Shown: positions 39,673-54,100 of the stretch, in pieces
Layout of the letters: each line of letters starts with the position of its first letter
How positions within the stretch are numbered: the stretch's first letter is position 1
From: Chrysomallon squamiferum
Lineage: Eukaryota; Animalia; Mollusca
NCBI GenBank assembly: GCA_012295275.1
Contig: CM022665.1
Location: 14,136,001-14,200,000 of the forward strand
Reading direction: 5' to 3'
Length of the DNA stretch: 64,000 bases
Made by a program: the position numbers and the translations under genes
The notes under the pieces: model-generated
What the model was told of the DNA's origin: nothing
Seen by the model: the letters and a program-made list of their open reading frames with translations, nothing else
The model's database searches: none

Positions 39673-41589
39673 GCTGTCGTACCACAGGATCTAGGATGCT
39701 GTAAATTTAAATGTACTTTTTGAATCCAGGTATCATCAAAATAACATAAATTTTTTTTTTTTAAATTAAATGAAATATAATAATAATAATAGTGATAAAT
39801 AATAATTTAAAAATAAAAATAAACAGATAAATAAATTGATCAATAAATAATAAAATTAAAATATACTTTTAAACAGTCCTTTGTAATAAGGATTTTAATA
39901 CTAAAATTAAATTAACATCACTAAGTTTATTTTTCACTGTCAATGATTAAAATATTATAGATATATATCTGTTGTATCAAAGGCTATTGTATGTGCAGGT
40001 TTCATTACTGAAGTCATCAAAAAGATACCGATAATAAAAATGTAAAAAGTTTATTTATTCATTCTTTCACTACTTTATTTTTCCAGGCAAAACGAAAGTG
40101 AAATGAAGTATTTGTGCATAAATCATAAATACACATTTTACATCACAGCTGAATACATTATAACTGACTTAAAATATTGATATTAGTCAATAAAATTTTT
40201 TTTTTTTTAAATAACAAATTACTGTGAACATCAGTAATATAATACAAATAAGAGAATAATGGCATTTTTCACATTCAAGAAATTCTTCTGATTTTCAGTC
40301 TGTTGCTTTAGGCTTTATTAAAAAAACGCAAGATATTTTAATTAAATTTTCAGAGTATCAAGTTCATTGTATGAGGTTATAATTCTTATCTGATGTTATA
40401 GCTTATTAATTATATACAAACATTTAATCAACTCTAGTAAAATTAAAATAAATGTCATGTTTGGTCACAATCCATACAGCCAAATCAGATGATTTTCACA
40501 GAAGCTAGAAAACCATTTGCATTAAGTAGATTTTGATGTATTTACAAATAAATTTAATATCTGATCTAAATATCATATAGGTTTTGGAAGTGAAAAGTAC
40601 TCATCTTTATTTTGTTAATATATCCTTTGACAGAAAATTAAAAATACTTTTACAGTGCCAAAATGGAAAATGCAATAGCAAAGCAATGGAGAAATATGTG
40701 TACCAAGCCATTAAAAAGATTTTATTACAGGAAATCTAAAAATAAACAAACTACAACAACATTTCAGGATGTGATGCATTTTGGCTGGACACAAGCACCA
40801 CTCGTACCAAATATCTTATTGCCATAATATTTCCCAGTTAGTCTGCAGCTTACAATTCATTTTAACTGCTGTGATATTAAGTGTGAAATATGTCAGGCTT
40901 ATAAGCCAATTATAAATATTTTTTATACAAACCAACCATCAAGAGGTCAAAACAACTGTTTATTCAAAAAAAATGTTCTTGTCTTTTGTAGATAAGTCAT
41001 ATTGCCATTTGAATTATTGTTAAGTATAATTATAATTTCACAAAAAGGAGTGAGCATTAAATCAACTGTGGATTTCAACCAGATATAACCGATCATGTAA
41101 TAATGAAGGGAAAAGACAGTTTACTTTTTAATATTACTAATAAAATAAAGATCAAGCAGCTGCCACTGAACAGATCTGATTATGTAACTACTGTGAAAAT
41201 TGTACCACTAGACTCAATTTCACAATCAGCCTGATGTGTTGACTATATAAAAAAAATAATAATAATAATAACTTTAAATATCCTAGTTGTGTAACAAAAA
41301 ATACTTAAGTTGCCAAATGATTTCTGCATCACTGGAAAGAGCATGTTTATAATGGTATCTTGAAAAATAACAGAGTAATGGCAAACTTCAGAAAATGTAT
41401 GTAATTTGGGCCTATTGAAACTAATAATGTGGTTGAAATTTCTGAAATTCTCATATCTCCATTAAAAAGCAAGATAACTGAATGCAAATTTGTTTTGAGT
41501 TAAAGGACTTTCTCACTCTTTCAGAGAACAAGTTACCCACAGATTATTATTTTTTTTACCAACAGGCAAAAAAAAAAAAAAAAAAAAAA

Positions 41590-42960
41590 AAATGTTTTAT
41601 CAAGAACTTTCTTCTGTGCTGCAGAAAACATCCCCGTAATCTGTTCAACATTCATATAATGAGATAATACTAACAATATCTCTTCCTCAATGTTCAGAAT
41701 GAAGTACTTCCTATACTGTTGTTCTAAACCATCAATATCTACCATTAAAAAAAAACTGTCTCATCATTGCAGAAAAACTCAATCACAGCTTATCATTTTC
41801 AGGGAGTGTTGAAGTTTTGCAATATCGTAGCCAAAAAGATATATTTTTTGATGTTAAGAAATTCAGATGATCTTCTGTCTTTTCCTTCAAGGTAATGAAT
41901 ATTTTGTCAAACAATGATACCCTCAATATAGCTGCCAAAGTGTAAAACATCTTCATCTAAGGCCCTGTTAGCTAACACCTTAAGTTAACTTGGCAGTATT
42001 ATTTTTGACATTTTCAATGATGCTGCCATAAATCCCACCAAAACCAATTGTAAATTCTAGGGAATTAACAAACCGATTTTAATATACCATCAATATTTTA
42101 AATATTTGTTAAGTATATGGAATTGATTTCCACAGCATTAAGAATTAAGTTTGTTCTTGTCCAAAAATGAAATGAACCCTGTTGGGTCACCTTAACTATC
42201 CTTGAATCTAAGCATATTATTATGAAAATGTTTATTTCCCTGGTCATTCCCATATAGTTTACTTTTTGATTCCTCAAGTTTATTTAATATGATATGCACT
42301 GAAGAAGCTATTGTATCCAGTTGACGCAGGTGACAATTTAATCTGTTTAATGATATTTTTCAAGTCTGATTGGCAGACATACAACATGGTTTATTGCGCA
42401 TCTCATTATCAGTACACTGCTAATGTTGACAGTAATTTTTTTTTCTGCTATTCTGACAATCTTCATCACTGAAAAATGAACATGTTTCACCCATATAGTC
42501 AACAGTCTGTTATATGATCTGCATAAACAGAGGCAGTTTCAGCTGACAGGTCATCAGTTGCTTCTACAATACACACCATTTTAGTTGTGAAATGTTCTGA
42601 GTAGACAAGAATACATTTCTGGATGGAATTCTGATTTTTAATTACTATCTCTGCAATCTGCAGTTCAGTAATGGCTCCCGATTCCTTTGCTATCAGCTCT
42701 ATTAAACTGCATTGTGGCACATCAGTAATTTCATTCTCTGAGTGACCTGAGAATTTATGAAGGAGTATAGGTACATTAGCAGTAATTAACAACACAATAA
42801 AAAAATACCTTCATGGATGTTTCACAAGAAGACTTTTTGGTTTTCCTTGGTACTAGCCTGATCAAAATAACATTCAGTATAATTCTCAACAGTTTCCTCA
42901 AGCACAAGTTTTTCATGTTCTAACATCTTTTTCCTTCAAACTCTTTTTCAACAGTTAAGA
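41590..42960 (-). mobile_element. Highly decayed DDE transposase remnant (hAT-like/CxxH type) in the HELB 5' intron
   Basis: Fragments across frames: ANVPILLHKF..DVPQCSLIELIAKESGAITELQIAE..HFTTK..DDLSAETASVYADHI, RCAINH, LNCHLRQLDTIASS, GDPTGFISFLD, GNQFHIL, LTGP*MKMFYT and LEQQYRKYF..EQITGMFSAAQKK. These resemble a transposase family I recall from invertebrate genomes. Many stops and frameshifts; no TIRs identified. Confidence 0.6.
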
Positions 42961-43172
42961 TGCTGCTGACATGTTTTCCAAATACATGAAAATGACATGG
43001 CCACATTTAAATTGACCAGTGTCACTGAAGTATTGACATGCAATACGAGGTTTTGAAACAGTCTTAAGAGGCATCTTAGAATTCAAAAAGATAGGTTAGG
43101 TATGAAGAACAAATCTATTGAAGGAGATTTCAGAATATTTAAAAGACAATACTTTATAAAAGGTCTGTGTGC

Positions 43173-43174
<2 letters not shown>

Positions 43175-43257
<83 letters not shown>
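43175..43257. repeat. (GA)n microsatellite
   Basis: About 41 units; source of the spurious SLSLSL ORFs. Confidence 0.95.
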
Positions 43258-43259
<2 letters not shown>

Positions 43260-44199
43260 AGTACACCCACAGCAAAAACTGTAAACATGAATAAAAATAA
43301 ACATCCAACTGGAACATGGATTTTGATATTATGAACTAAGAAAATTAAATACCCAACTTCCATGAAAAACTAGTTTTGGAAGTCAAAGATTCTCAACTTT
43401 CTTTTCTTTCTTATTTAAAAAAATGTCAACCAAAGAAGATTTGATGTTTTGTGCAGGATGCATTGATTATGTCCAGTGGACATATTCTTTATCCATGCAC
43501 ATTTATTTAGATTGTGTTCATGCACCAAGTCAATTACTCAATCTCACCAAGGCAAAATAGCCTTAAATTCCATTTCCTACTGGGCATCACTGTACATTTT
43601 ATGTGCAACTAGAAAGGTTTGACACTGTTTAAAGTAATTATATTATTAAAGCACATTAATGTGTAGAACAGAGAAGTAATAGCCATTGCTCCCCAGTCTA
43701 CAAAGGTCAGATTATATAAAGTAATAAGTGCTAGCAAGATAGATTAAGATGAATGACTCCTATTGGGAGCTTTTGTTGGCACTGGGGACTGTATGGTCAT
43801 GTGACATGACATGACAACTGCTGCGTGGAATTTAAGGGGATACTTTCTCAGACAGCAAAGGATTGCACTCTGGCCTGGAAGATTGCAGGATCTTAAAAAT
43901 TGCTAATGAAGGTGGCGACACTGGTCGCGTGGGATTTTTTTTTTGTTTTTTGTATTGGTTTTGTTTTCAGTTTTGCAACTTTAGAATTATAATTGTGATT
44001 TGTTTTATGAACCTGGTCGGTTTGTTCTCCTTGGAGAAACCAGAGTTACCATGTTGAAAATGTTAACATTGCTATATCAGGAATTAACTAATATTAAAGC
44101 CCTTTTATTGGAAACCCCGAGTACTGGTGGAATTAGATCTGTTCTCTTTATTACAAAAATAATTAACCGACTGTACATACCGGTATTGTCAAGTGAAAA

Positions 44200-45250
44200 T
44201 AATTTAACACCCTTGATATTGATGGTCTCCGAAACCGCGGTTAGGATCTAAAACCGGTAAGACTAAAGGTAACATTGTCACATTGTGTGTATATATATAT
44301 ATATATACATAAACGGAATAGGATTAGGCATGATTAATCATCTTACCTCTGATAATTAACATCAAAAGATGCATTTGGTATAAAACCGTCTTACGATCAC
44401 CCCTATTACATTTAAAATGGTAATAAAGTCTAAAGACTCCATCTGTGTCGGTTTTTTTTAAGATCAGTTTAGGTAATATTTGGTATCCGAAAATGTACCG
44501 TAAATATAACAAAGCGGCAAATTTGGCGGTGGGGGGAAATCACGTGATTCAACCAACATGTCGGAACGTATTTACTTTATGTTAAATTTTATAAAGTCCA
44601 TTTTATAATTAAATCCAATAAATAAAAACATGATATCCAGGTGTAGCCCAAGTAATAGATGCAATCGCGTATTGTTTTTTCCGTGACGTAATGAAAGTGT
44701 TTATTTACAGATAACTATTCCAACAATAACTGGAATTGATAACTAAATTTAAAAACAAAACAAGCGTATCAAATGGTAGGGATCATTACACGTTTTATAA
44801 CTATTCATAATAGTTAACACTTTCCAGTGAGTCACCACTAAAGTAGGTGGACCACCCAACAAAAGGTTGGGTCATAGTTCTCGAAGCGTCTCCATTGAAA
44901 TTTCGATTTTAATTTATAACTTAAGCACGGAATATGTAGTCACAACGACAGATTTTGTAGACATAAATATCACTTTCCAACATTAATTACATCATTTAAA
45001 AAATGCTATAATTTTTATATTATTTAATAGTAATAATAAAAAAAAAAAAAAAAAATTGGACATCTTTTCTATTTCTGTAGTCATGGAAATAAATAATAAT
45101 TATAGACCGACTTACTACTTCAATACGCTGTCTGATTAAGTGAACAAGTACAGTTACAGGACCAGTGTATTGGGTACAGGCATAAACAGAGAAAGGCGTT
45201 CATTGTTACACTGATTTAACTCTACGTTTATTGATACGAAGGTAAATTTA
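44200..45250. promoter_or_regulatory. Bidirectional promoter region shared by HELB and CFAP298
   Basis: Local CpG enrichment in an otherwise CpG-poor window, between divergent genes. E2F-like TTTGGCGG at 44522-44529, palindromic E-box AATCACGTGATT at 44538-44549, CRE-like TGACGTAA at 44684-44691. Candidate 5'UTR donors: - strand CAGAG|GTAAGA at 44347/44346 and + strand AAG|GTAAAT at 45241/45242. Confidence 0.6.
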
Positions 45251-45575
45251 CATTCACGAATAATCATAATAAGTAATATAATTACCATTACATACCCTTT
45301 AAAATTAATATTATTGCAATATAATATATTCATTTATATAACAACTTAAAAAATAAAAAGTATTTTCATTAATAACCCATCACCGAATTTTTAACTAATA
45401 TTTTAATAAATTTTATGTTAAAAGAAACTGTTTAATTTGCCTTCAGGAAAATAATTTATAAAAACGAATTTACTGATTATATATATATATATATAAAAAA
45501 TCGTATAATTTCAGGGGGAAAAAAAATCCACCAATAAACAATAACAAAAAACCCCATCAAAAACAAGTCATTACC

Positions 45576-47031
45576 ATGGTAAAACTGCACATCAAAAAAG
45601 GTGATGAAACTCAATTTCTTTATGAGACATCTGTTGAGGCTCCAGTGGATCAAGTCACTGAGGAGGTTGCAACTATCTACAATGGGCGACTAAAAATTCA
45701 TCGAATATGTGGAGGTACAATTTTACACTGTCATAATAAAAATTTGATTAGAAGTAATTTCTTAGGCTAATTTTACTGTTTATTTTATTTTGTATGTGTG
45801 AATATTAGTTTGTTGTTCAGATCATCCAGCATCCAATTATTAATCATTTCTCACCCTTCCTAGATGCCACTGAAATGTATTTTTATTTATTTATTTATTT
45901 TTTAAATCTTGTTTTTACAAATAAAATAATATTTATAACTTTTATAAATTTAGAAATGGATGAGCTTGCCAAACATGGCATTACACTTCCACCAAATATG
46001 CAAGGGCTGACAGAAGAGCAGGTAACTGAGTTGAAATTAAAAGATGAATGGGCTGAAAAATCTATTCCAAGTGGAGGCTTTGTCATGAATGAAGATAAGA
46101 TTGGCAGGCGTAATGGCCAGGGTAAAAACTATTTTGTTTTTAGAGATTTACTTTTCAGTTAGTAATGTAAATATTAAAACTTAAATTCAGGGATTGATTA
46201 CTGAATCTTCTGAAAAGAGTCATTGAAGTTACAAGAAGAAATGAGTTTATATACATATATATATTTATATATATCTCAAAGTTGAAGGACTTGGAATCAC
46301 AAAGGGGAGAAAAAGAAAATTATTGTTTGTGGTAATATATTTTCGGTTTTTATTAGGAACTCAACATCATCAGTACCACTCAAGTGAAATGCAACATTAT
46401 TTAATAATTTACTTTAACTTATAATACACATAATTTATAAATATGCAGCCCATATCTTGTATTTAAAAAAATCAGTGAGAACAGAAAGTTTTTTCAGAGA
46501 GTTCATACAAAAGACAAACTTCAGTAAGTTCTGTTTTCATAATCATTTTTTGTTAGAGATTTTGGATCATGCTTGGAAATGATGTAATTTAAAGAACAAC
46601 ATAGCTAGCTGCTAATGATAGTTTGAGAATTGGTCCACAGTAATGAAAGACAAGAATAATAATACAGTTTTCTATTTTTACTTATTTATTTATTTACTGT
46701 TTTTTGTAAAACAACATAGAGAAAAATGTATAAAATATTCATATAATATTCCATTTGGGACCACATACAACATTCATGATACAGTGTGTATTTTAATCTT
46801 ACGGTTCTGATTACAAATTATTACATGTTCATGTAGAGAAACAGTCAGGACCCCACATTTTATGTAATTTGTCTGTAATCCTGGTATTAATTATCCTTTG
46901 GTGGACATCATTAACATTCATTTAAAATAATGTTTATTTTATAAAATGTTTAGCTTGTTAACTTTAAATTCATTATGTGTTAGTGTATATTTACACACCC
47001 ATACCCACATACACATATATGTATGCATTTA

Positions 47032-47081
<50 letters not shown>

Positions 47082-50000
47082 TTTGTTTGTGTGGGTGTAA
47101 GTATATATATATATACTGAGGTCCAAAATGTTCCAGTGTAATGCAGTTTAATATTGCTTAAAATTGGTTTTTCATTTTATTTTTTTTTATCTTTTTAAGT
47201 ATCTGTAATATTACAAATGTTAAAACTTGAATATTTATGACTAGTATCTGTTGTGAGATTCAATATATCCGTTTGTATATATGTATGTATGTGTGTATGT
47301 CTATATATATAACTCATCTACCCAAATACCTGATTACCTCTGTATGTAATGTGCTTGGCCTCTTCATGTTCATATAAGTTTTGATTATAGATGGACCATG
47401 GTTTATTTACCAACATACATAAATCTGGTTTCTTTATTCTTCTTCTGCTGCCATAAAGTTGGCACTTGATTTAACATTTTTTTTGTAAATTGATTATGTA
47501 ACATCACCTGAAAGCAGAATAAACGTTCACTAATCATTTGTTGTAGATTATTTACTTTTCTAATCACAGCAGGTTGTGAGATCAATCTTCTTCTTCTTCT
47601 TCTTCTTCTTACTATTATTATAATTATTATTTAATCTGGTCATTTCTAATTCATCAACATTTCCTTTCCATTAAAAACAAAATAAAAAAATCCTGAATTT
47701 TATGGTCGAGTAAAAACACATTTCATTAAACATGCATCACAGAGAAGTTTCTAGATTCATACAATATTATTATGACACTGTACCTATTACTGAACTTAAT
47801 GAAAGATCAGACACATATGTTTTTAATGTGATATTTTTAGATGAATACCTTCTTTTTTAATTATTTACATTCAACTACATTCAGTACATGGACTGTTTCA
47901 ATATTTTCATATTTGCATACTTTATGCGATAAGCATTATCATACTACAGTAATAGCTCAGATTAACAATGTGATTGGTTCCATTTTTTTCCGATCGTTAA
48001 GTGGGATATCGTTAAGCAGGAGACTAATTTACATAGAATTAAGGTTAAAAACAGTGGTTACATTCTTTGTGATTGAAATTTGACATAAAAAGAAATGTTA
48101 AATAAGGAGAAATAAAACGGCAATTTAGACATAAATGATTTAATAGATCATAGATATTAAACAAACAATAAATCATTTACAAATCAATTTATACAAATAC
48201 AATAAGAAATAATTATATGCCGCTCATTGTGGGTTTTGTGTTCATTTAGGATGTCGTATTTTGTTTCTAAAGTTATTGTCATCCATTTCTTTTTATCATC
48301 AGTATTTGCTGCTGTACTGTTATTCATTTTGACATATTGAAAGGGTAAATTACAAAAGCATTAAATGGAAGCAGAAAAGAAAAGAGAATCTGAACATCAT
48401 AGTACGTATGATGTCTGCATGTTAGCTGATAAACATAGCTGAGGGAAACTCATGAATGGACAAAAAACTAATGTAAACAGACATTTGTATAATTTATTTC
48501 AAGCAATTAACTATTAAATTCTTATTTATATAATTTGTAAAAACAAAGATTGTTATAGCAGGATATCATTAAGTGAGGTATTCCTGTATCTGTACAATAA
48601 TAATCGGTTTCCAAATAATCTGCAATAGTTCATTGTAATGACTGAGGTAAAAACATGCATGTCAGTAAGACCACTGAACCATGTTTAGCCTTTTGACAAA
48701 CAGGGAATTCGACCAGATGGGAGTAAGCCATACCTACCTACCTACCTATATTTTGTTTCTTTCTTGAATTTATCTGTTTTCTTTTTCTAGCTCCTAATGA
48801 AAAAATGGCTGAAGTAATAACCAAAACAATAAAGGAAGCAAAAGATCTTATTTCTAAGGTATTAAATAAGCAAAAATTAATATTTATCAATTGTGTTGAA
48901 AATTGAATAATCATTTTTTTTATTTTTTATATGATGTCAATATACAGATTTTTCATATTAAATAAAACAACAATGAAAAATCAGTTATTATTAGCTTTAT
49001 CTAAGCATATGATTTTGTCTGCCCTGTCCAGATTCAATTCTTCCTTTAGTGACATCTATAAAATAATATCAGAATCTCCTAGATATTACCTACATTCACC
49101 ATAGTTAAAGTCTTTAACATGAGAAGATAATATCCACAGTCTATCTGAAATGGACAGCAATGTTTGATGCCAACCAATTACATTATAATACGCAATGCCT
49201 TCTAGATTATTACATGTTTTATGGATCTTTGGTCCAACTGATCATGCTTCACTGTCAAAAATGTATAATTAATTGAAGTAATAACAGCATAATTATTTAC
49301 CCTCAGCAGTGAAGTGGTTAGACTAACAAAGATCCACATAACATCAATATAAATATATATATATTTGTTCTTACCATATTGAAACATATTATATTGAGGG
49401 AAAAAAATAACTTCCAAGAAGTAGGATAACCTAAATTATAATTTTTCTTAAAGAAATAATTTTGCATATAATTTTCAGAAAAAAGCTGATGCCAATGTCA
49501 TGGTAACTCAAGCCACTGTAAAAGAAGCATTAGACATGTTGCGAGGTGCTGTTATGATTGTGTATCCAATGGGTCTTCCTCCTCATGATCCAATTAGACA
49601 GGAGTTTGAAAATAATGAGGATCTTTCTGGAACTCAAGTGAGGAAAAAAAAAAAAAAATCTACATTAAGGAGCAATTGTCTCACATTTACAGAGATTTAA
49701 AATAGTTTTTAAACAAGCCAAAAGTTCAAATATTTAAAAAATGTAGCAGGTTTTAGCAAGAGCTGTATATAATACATGTTGACAGGAATAACAGTTTTGC
49801 CTTTAGTTACTTGTATTAAATTCTTCCTTTGTATTTCAGAAAATCCAGTGAAAATTAACCATGGCTAAATAATTTATATCTAATTGAAAGATCTTTAGTT
49901 AAAAATAATAAGGAAAATAACTGGTTTGGGAATATATTATCTATTGTCATCCAGTTACTCTGATGTAAAGGTTTAACTGAAATCTTCATATTTGCTTAAT

Positions 50001-51140
50001 CAAAGAAAAAAGGTTTTTTATTAAGAAAAATTTATATCAGTGATAATATGTTATCAAATTTTAATAATGTTTTGTTTTCTCATTTTAAAAAAAACAAAAA
50101 AAAAAAAAAAAATCACTGAGAAAGAGAAATTATTGTATATGTTTTCAGAAATGATCAGAGAATATAATAATTTGTGGAATGTTATAAAAAGTGTTCTTCT
50201 TAAAGAATTGTACAGTTTTATTATTTTTAGGCATCACTGGAGGTCATTGAACCACCTAAAGCAGCTCTGTGGTGGGCAGGTAAAGAGATGATCAGAGGAA
50301 AGAAACTATTAGACTTTGTAGGCAAAAATGACAAAACAAAAATTGTGGTCAAAATTCAAAAGGTAATATCACCAAATATTTTTTTTTATTATTATTATTT
50401 AGTTTTCTTTATTGTACATATTTTTCAGAAAGATATTTATTAGTTCATTTTTTTTTTTTTATTATAAGAGTTAATTGTAAAATTGATTACAGTAAGATTT
50501 TACTGTCAGATGGAGATACATCTTCAATATGGATTTGATTACTTGTTATTTACAGGTTGGGCAAGGAGCACCAAGCAGGGAGCAGGTTGTGAGTCCAGAA
50601 CAGCAGAAAGAGATGATGGCTTACTACTACAAGAAACAGGAAGAGTGGAAGGTGAAAATAACTGATTTCCATCCATTATAAATAATCTTTTCTTTTTTCA
50701 AAAATCTGAACATTTTCTCTCTTCTATAAAAATATATTATTTGTTATTTTATCCTCTTTATTAATGGTTATGAATTTATATTTCAGATATAATTGAATTA
50801 TAATCATTTCATCTTTTCCATTGTCTTTTGACAAATCATTATTCTAATGATTAAGAATCACAGATATAAAACTTATTTTCAAATCTACAAAGTTAGAGCT
50901 CTTCTTTTTGTCAAACAGTAACAAGTTTTGTTTTAAGTCATCAAGTGTTTGGATGACACACAATAACCATTATTGCTATGGACTGATATGTCATTAATGA
51001 CCATTAATACGTTTTAATTAATTTTCAAGAAACTTGAATCTGATGCTGAAGATGCATACATGGATTCAGAGTGGGCTGACAGTCACCAGTTAAAAAGACA
51101 ATTTCATGGGATAAAAGATGTGAAGTGGGGTCCCAAGTGA
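45576..51140 (+). CDS. CFAP298: Cilia- and flagella-associated protein 298 (C21orf59/Kurly), complete
   Basis: Exons 45576-45714, 45954-46121, 48791-48858, 49479-49637, 50231-50362, 50556-50651, 51030-51140 = 873 nt = 290 aa + TGA. MVKLHIKKGDETQFL, HGITLPPNMQGLTEEQV, DKIGRRNGQAP, LRGAVMIVYPMGLPPHDPIR, LWWAGKE and QFHGIKDVKWGPK. Kozak context ACCATGG. Confidence 0.97.
47036..47078. repeat. (TG)n microsatellite
   Basis: About 21 units in CFAP298 intron 2. Confidence 0.95.
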
Positions 51141-54100
51141 CACAAGACAATCAACATGTTTTTCCAGCAGCATATTGTTGTTTATATAGTTTCACTGTGA
51201 TGTGTTCAAAATTAAGAAAAACTCTTCTTTGTTTTTAATTTTTCTTTTGTGTGAATGCATTCAAATTATGATTAACTCTGTTTTTTCTCTCTCCTCTGTT
51301 TTTTTCATTTGTACTTTCTGGCTTTTCTTTTTTTCTTTTTCTTGATTGAATGAAAACACAGGCTGTTATAATTATTATTATTATTTTTTTTTTTTTTCTC
51401 TTCTATTTGTATAAACATGTTTTTTCTGACTGAATGAAAGAAACCAATTTTATATTGTTTAGAAGTAACTAACAACACTTTCTGTTTTCCTGTCCTGACT
51501 ATGTTTATGAAAAACCGATTTTTTACACAAAACATGGTTCTTTCTTCAGTGGACAGCTATTTTACAAGTATTCTTCTTTTGTTCTTTCTTTTTTCTTTTT
51601 TTTTACTTAGTTTTTTTTGTTGTTTTTTTGCATTCCTTAGACAATGAATTCACATAACAACTTGATAGAACTATTTGGTTTTATTAATATTTAAAAATTA
51701 AATAGTCTATATTATGACTGTCATTTTGATTTGCATATTTGTGTAAGATTCTAGAAATATTTATTTTGAAGTTTAAAAGATCAATTTATGATATGAAAAT
51801 AAAACTTAAAAGTAAATGGTCTTTTTTATCCTGCTTTTCAGATGACTAACATTTTTTTATTGTCAAACAGTATTAAAATAGGGAGTCAATTAAACATGAT
51901 TAAAATATTATCTATTTTATGCTTGACCAAGCTATGGAATTTGATTCTTTGTTGTTTTGTTTTTTTATTTTATTTTAATTTCTTTTACGTTAAAAATCTG
52001 AAATCTAAGAACTGTGAATATTTTACTCCTTGTAAGGTCAAAACAGTATAATAATTTGATACAGTTTGTTAATTTTGATTATATTTGTTAAAGAAAAACA
52101 AAATTACATAACTGAAATGTTAAATGTAAAGTATTCATTTAACTATATAAATGTCCCATTATCATCACATCATAATAAAAATACATTGTCTTAAAAATAA
52201 TAAATTATTATGGATATTTTACCTGTTTTGTTATTTTGTAAGATCAAAGTTACATGACTATTTTGTAAAATAATTGCAGATAACCAATTCAGTGAAATAA
52301 TTTGACTCAACTTTAGAATTGCTTTAATATTTTAACCACTGATTAATTATTTTAGCTGCCCTATCACCCAAATGACCCATTTTTCAAGTGATAAAGGATA
52401 CTTTTTCAATATGTATTCAAGTGACTTTAATTTCCCTTAACCTCCAAATTATTATCTGTTTCAAATAACAACAACAAACACAGTCACTGCTGGACATTTA
52501 TTTTTGTACAAAAAATATACACTTAAATAGATCATGATCTATCCTGTACCATCACTAACCAGTATGCTGTGTTCTTGTTACAAAACTTAGTGAGTTTATT
52601 GATAGAGACAATGTGTTGAAAACAACTTTTTAACATTTTTTGCACAGCAAAAATAAGACATTTTTCATTAAAAAAAATGTTTTACAAGTTTAAGGAATTA
52701 ATAAATACATTCCTAATTTTTAAAAACCTACTTTCAAAATAATAATGTGAATGTTAAAAATTACTACTACTAATAACAACATAGTAATAGAAATAATAAT
52801 AGTAGCAACAATGAATGTTTGAAAACATGAACCGTTACTGAAATTTATAGCCTGATTTTATTTTATTCTGAATACTTGCTGATGTAAATAAATACATATT
52901 CAGTGAAAATATTAACTTTTGAACTAAACTGTTTGTGCTTATATATATAAACAGCATGTTAGTGTATGTGTGTTATATATAAGTGTACAGTAACAAAAGT
53001 ATGCAAGTGCTTGCATTATGCTACATGTTGCTGTAAAGTGTAACTATAGTGCATGCAATGAACACAAATACAACCAAAACATACCCGTCTTTTGAACACA
53101 TTGTGTGATAACAAATGAAAAATGAAATGCTGCGATAATGAGATACTGCTCATGACTTAAGTATGTTAATAATAAAAAGCTAATACAACTGTCACATGCT
53201 ATAAATTACCCCCCAAAAAGAAAATATGGTTTTGAGCATAAATATGTCTGAAATATCGTGTAAAAAATGGCAAAGCTTCATCACAACCATGTAATAAGAC
53301 AGCTATGTTTGATATAATTAGCACAAAGCAGGTTCTAGTTAATGGACTAATAAAATATTGAAAGAGACTATTATACAATTTGTAACATTATACAACTGAC
53401 AACTGCTTGATCACACACGGTTGAACATGGCACAAACATTTTTTGAAAGTGCATTTCTCTGAATGCTGGCAGAGCAATGAAAAAAAAAAGAAACAGTGGC
53501 TGCCATGCTACAATGAAATGTTAACAGAGTTGGAATAAAAAGTGATAAAGGAAGAATATCATGGCTTCTAATATTTTGTGGGTGTTTTCTTTTAATCTAA
53601 AAAGAGTACAGATAATTTTTGTTGAAGATGTGCTATATAATAAATACATATGAGAAACTTTTCTTTTAATTTATGCATTTTTGAAGTCAGTACATGAAAT
53701 CTAACTTGGAGCATTTAAAAATATATTTCTTCATACATTAAAATTACTAAAGAGCATGGACAAAACAATGATCCATCTATTTTCACATTAATCATCTGTA
53801 TAATCTTTTTAATCTTTTTTCAAAACATTCAGTAATAAAAAAATATATATATTTATTTTTCACATACACTGAATAAAAATAATCAAATTTTGAAATTAAT
53901 CATGACTGCAGTTTTCAATACAATCCATACCAGATTGCCAGGAGTTACCAGATTTTTAAACTGATTAACCATTATATATGATATTTTAAACCAAATGCAC
54001 TAACAAATTTTTGGTTTTGTTTTTTGAAAATTAGTTCATTAAAGGAAAGTAATTATTACAATCAATGATAACTACATGTTATAAAACAATTTTATCATAA

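Noticed and set aside
43083-43363. SLSLSL ORFs
   Set aside because: Translation of the (GA)n microsatellite.
47900-48350. CpG-containing patch with repeated ATCGTTAAG in CFAP298 intron 2; considered as snoRNA or TE end
   Set aside because: No convincing C/D or H/ACA boxes and no paired TIR found.
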